Assembly: GCA_958009085.1 (NCBI GenBank) | Contig: OY253671.1 | Coordinates: 1,488,001 to 1,552,000, forward strand | Source: Protoeuglena noctilucae | Taxonomy: Eukaryota | DNA length: 64,000 bases | Direction of reading: 5' to 3' | Shown: positions 60,701 through 64,000 of the stretch, piece after piece | Numbering within the stretch: the stretch's first letter is position 1 | Layout: the number at the start of each line of letters is the position of its first letter | The notes under the pieces: model-generated | What the model was told of the DNA's origin: nothing | Seen by the model: the letters and a program-made list of their open reading frames with translations, nothing else | Database searches by the model: none | Translations under genes and position numbers: made by a program

Positions 60701-63700
60701 TGGTGGGCGGTGGGGGGGAGGTGGTGGGACAGGCGGGAGGGGAAGAGGTACAGGCTGGGGGGGGTAAGTGGATGGGGGTTATGAATGAGAAGTGTGGTTG
60801 GAATGGGGGTGAGTGTGGCAGTGAGGGTGGCAGTGGGGGTGGTGATAAGGGTGGCGGATCATTGCAACTCACCGTCACACTCAACCACATACCGCATACA
60901 CCCCATCCCCTATCCCCTCCCATCCCCCCTCACCTGAACGGCGGCAGAGCCACGCTGGGCAGCTCCCGCACCGCCAACCACTCCCAACCCCACTCTTACT
61001 CAACCACTACCTCACACTACCCCCTCTCCCCAAACTCATCATCTCACCTGAACGGCGGCAGCCCCACCGTGGGCGGCTCCCGCACCGTCGGCGCCTGAAG
61101 GAACTCCCCCACGATGTCCTGAGGCGGCTCCCCCTTCGGCAATGCATAATACAAGCATGTCTTGCTCATCAATCGCATGCACTCTCGTAGAAAGTGCCTG
61201 GCGCGGCATGTGAAGACGGGGGATAGAACGACCATGTCGACCTCGGCGTGGGCGTTGGCGCGGTGGTGCTGAGATTGGGGGGGGGGAAGAGGGGGGGAGT
61301 TAGTGAGTGGAGGAGTGGAATGGGTGTTGTGGGGGGAGTGAGGGAGTGCGGCAGGTCTGGGGGTGAGTGGGTGGGCGTTGGCGCGGTGGTGCTGGGGGGG
61401 AGATGCGGGAATGGGTGAATGAGTGTTGGGCTGGACGTTTTGTGTGTATATAAAGTGAACCATGTGACGAGAGCGCAGTGCCCCACCCCCACCCCATCAC
61501 CAATTACTATTATCATTATTATGATTACTATAATTATTGATAATCCCTCACCGTCGGCTCCAGTATGGCGTCCAGTCGGTACAGCGCCGTCAGCGCCGCC
61601 AAATCCACCTCCCCAATGAGCGTGGCCATCCCCACCACCTCCCCCCCACACTCAGCCACGTACGCCCCGCTCGCGCCACGCTTGTCGCGCAGAGCGTCTG
61701 CGAACATGGCTATTATATTATATTATATTATATTATATTATATTATATTATATTATATTATATTATATTATATTATATTATATATTTTACAGCCCTGAAG
61801 AACGCCACTCACTTCTACCCCACCCACCAGTCAAAACCTTCTGTACTATCATCATTTTCAATTTCACATCCCACCCCGCATCTCACCCCGGAACGAAGAC
61901 ATGACGTCGTTCTGCGTGGGCAGCCCCTCTGTCAAGTCCATGACCTGCTCCTCGTCCGCGTCAGTGGCGTTTCTGACGATGAATCCCGGTGTCAGACCGT
62001 CCCGGTGAAACGCCAGAAGGACGTCGGGGAAGAAGACGCCGGGGAGGGAGGGGACGCTGTGGGGTGGGGGAGTGATGGTGAGATAAGCAACAAGAGCGAT
62101 GAACCAGTGGTGATGATGGCATTGATACTGATAGTGAAAAGTGTTACTTTTTCTCGACCATTCACACCCCACACCCACCCCCATACTCACCGCTGGAACC
62201 CCTCCAGCGCCCCCGGCTGCACTGAGTCATGCGGCAGCGTCAGAACGGCGTAGAGCCTGTCAGCGAACGCCGCGAATAGTCCCTTGATCAGGTCCCATCC
62301 CGCATAGTCCCACCCCGCGCGCACGCACAGCATAGTCACGGCAAAGGCGCTGGGGGGGTGGTCGCCCGTCCCCACAATCTCCTCCATCCCGCGCCGCACC
62401 GCGATCGCCTCTTCCTCCGCACTCATCTCCCACTCGTTATCATCACCGTCATTGTCACCGTCACCACCCTCCCTGTCACCATTACCACCCTCGCCGCCCT
62501 CGCCATCACCGCCCTGACTAGGCGACAACCCCAGGGCGTCCTTTGACCCTTCCGCAATCGCAGACAGCTCCGGAGCCGGCTCATCCTCATCCCCATCCCC
62601 CTCCTCCACCCCACCCTCATTCTCACCCCCACCGCCATTCCCACCCCCACCACCACCACCGCCCCCCCTCCCCCGCCGCTCCACCCCCTCCCTCGCCTCC
62701 CTAACTAGCGCATCATAGTCATCCGGCTGCATGAGCCAGTCGAAGGTATCTAGGTCGAAGTGCCGGTATAAGAGACGAAGGTCGACGTCCGCGCTTGCGG
62801 CTGCCATGGCCACCACGCCGTGGCCCTCCGCCTCGACCAGAATGACCTGGTTGGACTGCGGGGGAGGGGAGATGAGGGGGAATTTGAATTTGGATTTGAA
62901 TTTGGATGGTCTCTTAGGTGTGAATGAGTGACCGGGTTGGACTGCGTGGGTGGCCATAATGCCCATGCGCCTCCACCATCTGCAACCCACACACCCACAC
63001 CCACCCCACATCCACACCCAACACATAACACACACACCAACAGCAACACCCACACATCCCCACTCGCCTCATCCTGCCCCTGCACCATCTGCGCCAGCGC
63101 GAACTCCGCGTCCCCCTCCCCCTCCCCCCCCACGTACGGCGGCAGCTGCGCAAGAGTGGGGCACGCCACGCGCCCGTCCGCCACGATAGGCACCAACTCA
63201 TCAAAGTCCTGGGGCCGCGCGCGCCGGGCGGTGAGGCGGGGCATGACCGACGATCGGCGCGACACCACCAGGCCCACGCCCAGGTCGGCAGAACGGTCGA
63301 CTGCGGGGGGTTGGGGGGTGGGTAGGAGATGGATGGTGGTGTTGGGGGTAATTAAGGTGATGGTGGTGGTGGTGGTGGTGGTGGTAAGGTCAGACGAGCG
63401 GTCGATTGCGGGGGGTTGGGGGGTGGGGGATGGTGGTATGGTGTGGTGGTGGTGGCTAGTATGGTGATGGTGGTGGTAATTAGTATAGTTGTATACTAAG
63501 GTTAGAATGCAACGACAACGACCGCCACTGCTACCCTGTCCAAACAACCCTACTCATCCGCCAGGCGCGCACTCGCTTGCATACCCTGTTGCCGCCCAGT
63601 CAGTCACTTCGCAACTACTCACTTGTGGTGGCCAGGCCCTCCCATCCCTGGGGCACGTACAGCCCTGCCTGGGCGCGGGCGGGCGTGGCGGGGGCGCAGA

Positions 63701-64000
63701 CAGCCGCGATAGCCATGAGGTCCACGTCGAGCGCGAACGCCTTGCGCAGAAGCGCCGCGGGGATCTCCGGGAGCCCGAGGGGGAAGAGGAGGGCCGCGAG
63801 CCAGGCGCAGGCGGGGGCACGCAGGTCGTGCGACGTCGCGGACGACGTCGCCCACGCGAGGGCGCGCTGCGGGTCCGCGACGCCTACGGCGGGTGGAGAA
63901 ATAGTAGTTAGGTGAAGAACAAATGCAAATTTAGTCGGCGACGCGCGAGAGCGGGAGGGTGAGGGCGAAAAAGCGCACCTGTGGGCGCCTCCGGGGCGTG
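57731..64000 (-). CDS. CFAP61: Cilia- and flagella-associated protein 61; 5' end lies beyond the window; last exon 57988-57731
   Basis: RRARPQDFDELVPI, VILVEAE..DVDLRLLYRHFDL, AFAVTML, YAVLTLPH, FLRECMRLMSKTCLYY, IPYDILAIASG, IVVDGAFRTNDPCVLAAGP, LFKSGH, WASALYHD..LPAY match the CFAP61 N-domain plus FAD/NAD-fold layout. Confidence 0.9.
61711..61783. repeat. (TATTA)n microsatellite, about 14 units, intronic
   Basis: Directly visible. Confidence 0.95.

Noticed and set aside
1..64000. TAA/TAG-to-Gln reassignment as in some ulvophytes, suggested by the TAG at 52941 and by most genes ending in TGA
   Set aside because: Long conserved exons (WD40, ZEP, desaturase, CFAP61) contain no in-frame TAA/TAG, and TAA ends the desaturase at a plausible position
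1..64000. Introner or transposon family explaining the introns
   Set aside because: No shared long sequence or terminal inverted repeats seen between different introns, and no transposase or reverse transcriptase ORF; similarity is only local, to flanking exons

Overview
GC-rich, intron-dense eukaryotic nuclear DNA from a flagellated chlorophyte green alga. Evidence: spliced nuclear PsaK, zeaxanthin epoxidase, plastid-type acyl-lipid desaturase, an OPR/RAP protein and CFAP61. I reconstructed about 13 spliced genes by eye: a DysF-domain gene 3' end, OPR-RAP, RlmL-like THUMP methyltransferase, FAD5/ADS-like desaturase, ZEP, IscA, a membrane protein with an in-frame TGA, an unknown protein, an F-box-like protein, a NACHT-WD40 NLR-like protein, a Tudor protein, PsaK, a BAR-like protein with a giant low-complexity tail, and CFAP61. 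There is a 200-N gap at 57011-57210. Most notable: (1) a lipid-anchored (MGCGASK) NLR-like STAND protein with an MLKL/RPW8-like helical N-terminus; (2) at least 17 short 'echo' duplications of exon ends or splice junctions inside the adjacent intron; (3) a G[CT]CAGAAAC motif seen 16 times, in both orientations, often in local CpG-rich patches; (4) about 11 GC-AG introns; (5) an in-frame TGA-Cys inside an otherwise intact reading frame. No rRNA, tRNA, CRISPR array or recognisable transposon was seen. All exon boundaries and family assignments are manual and unverified by database search.
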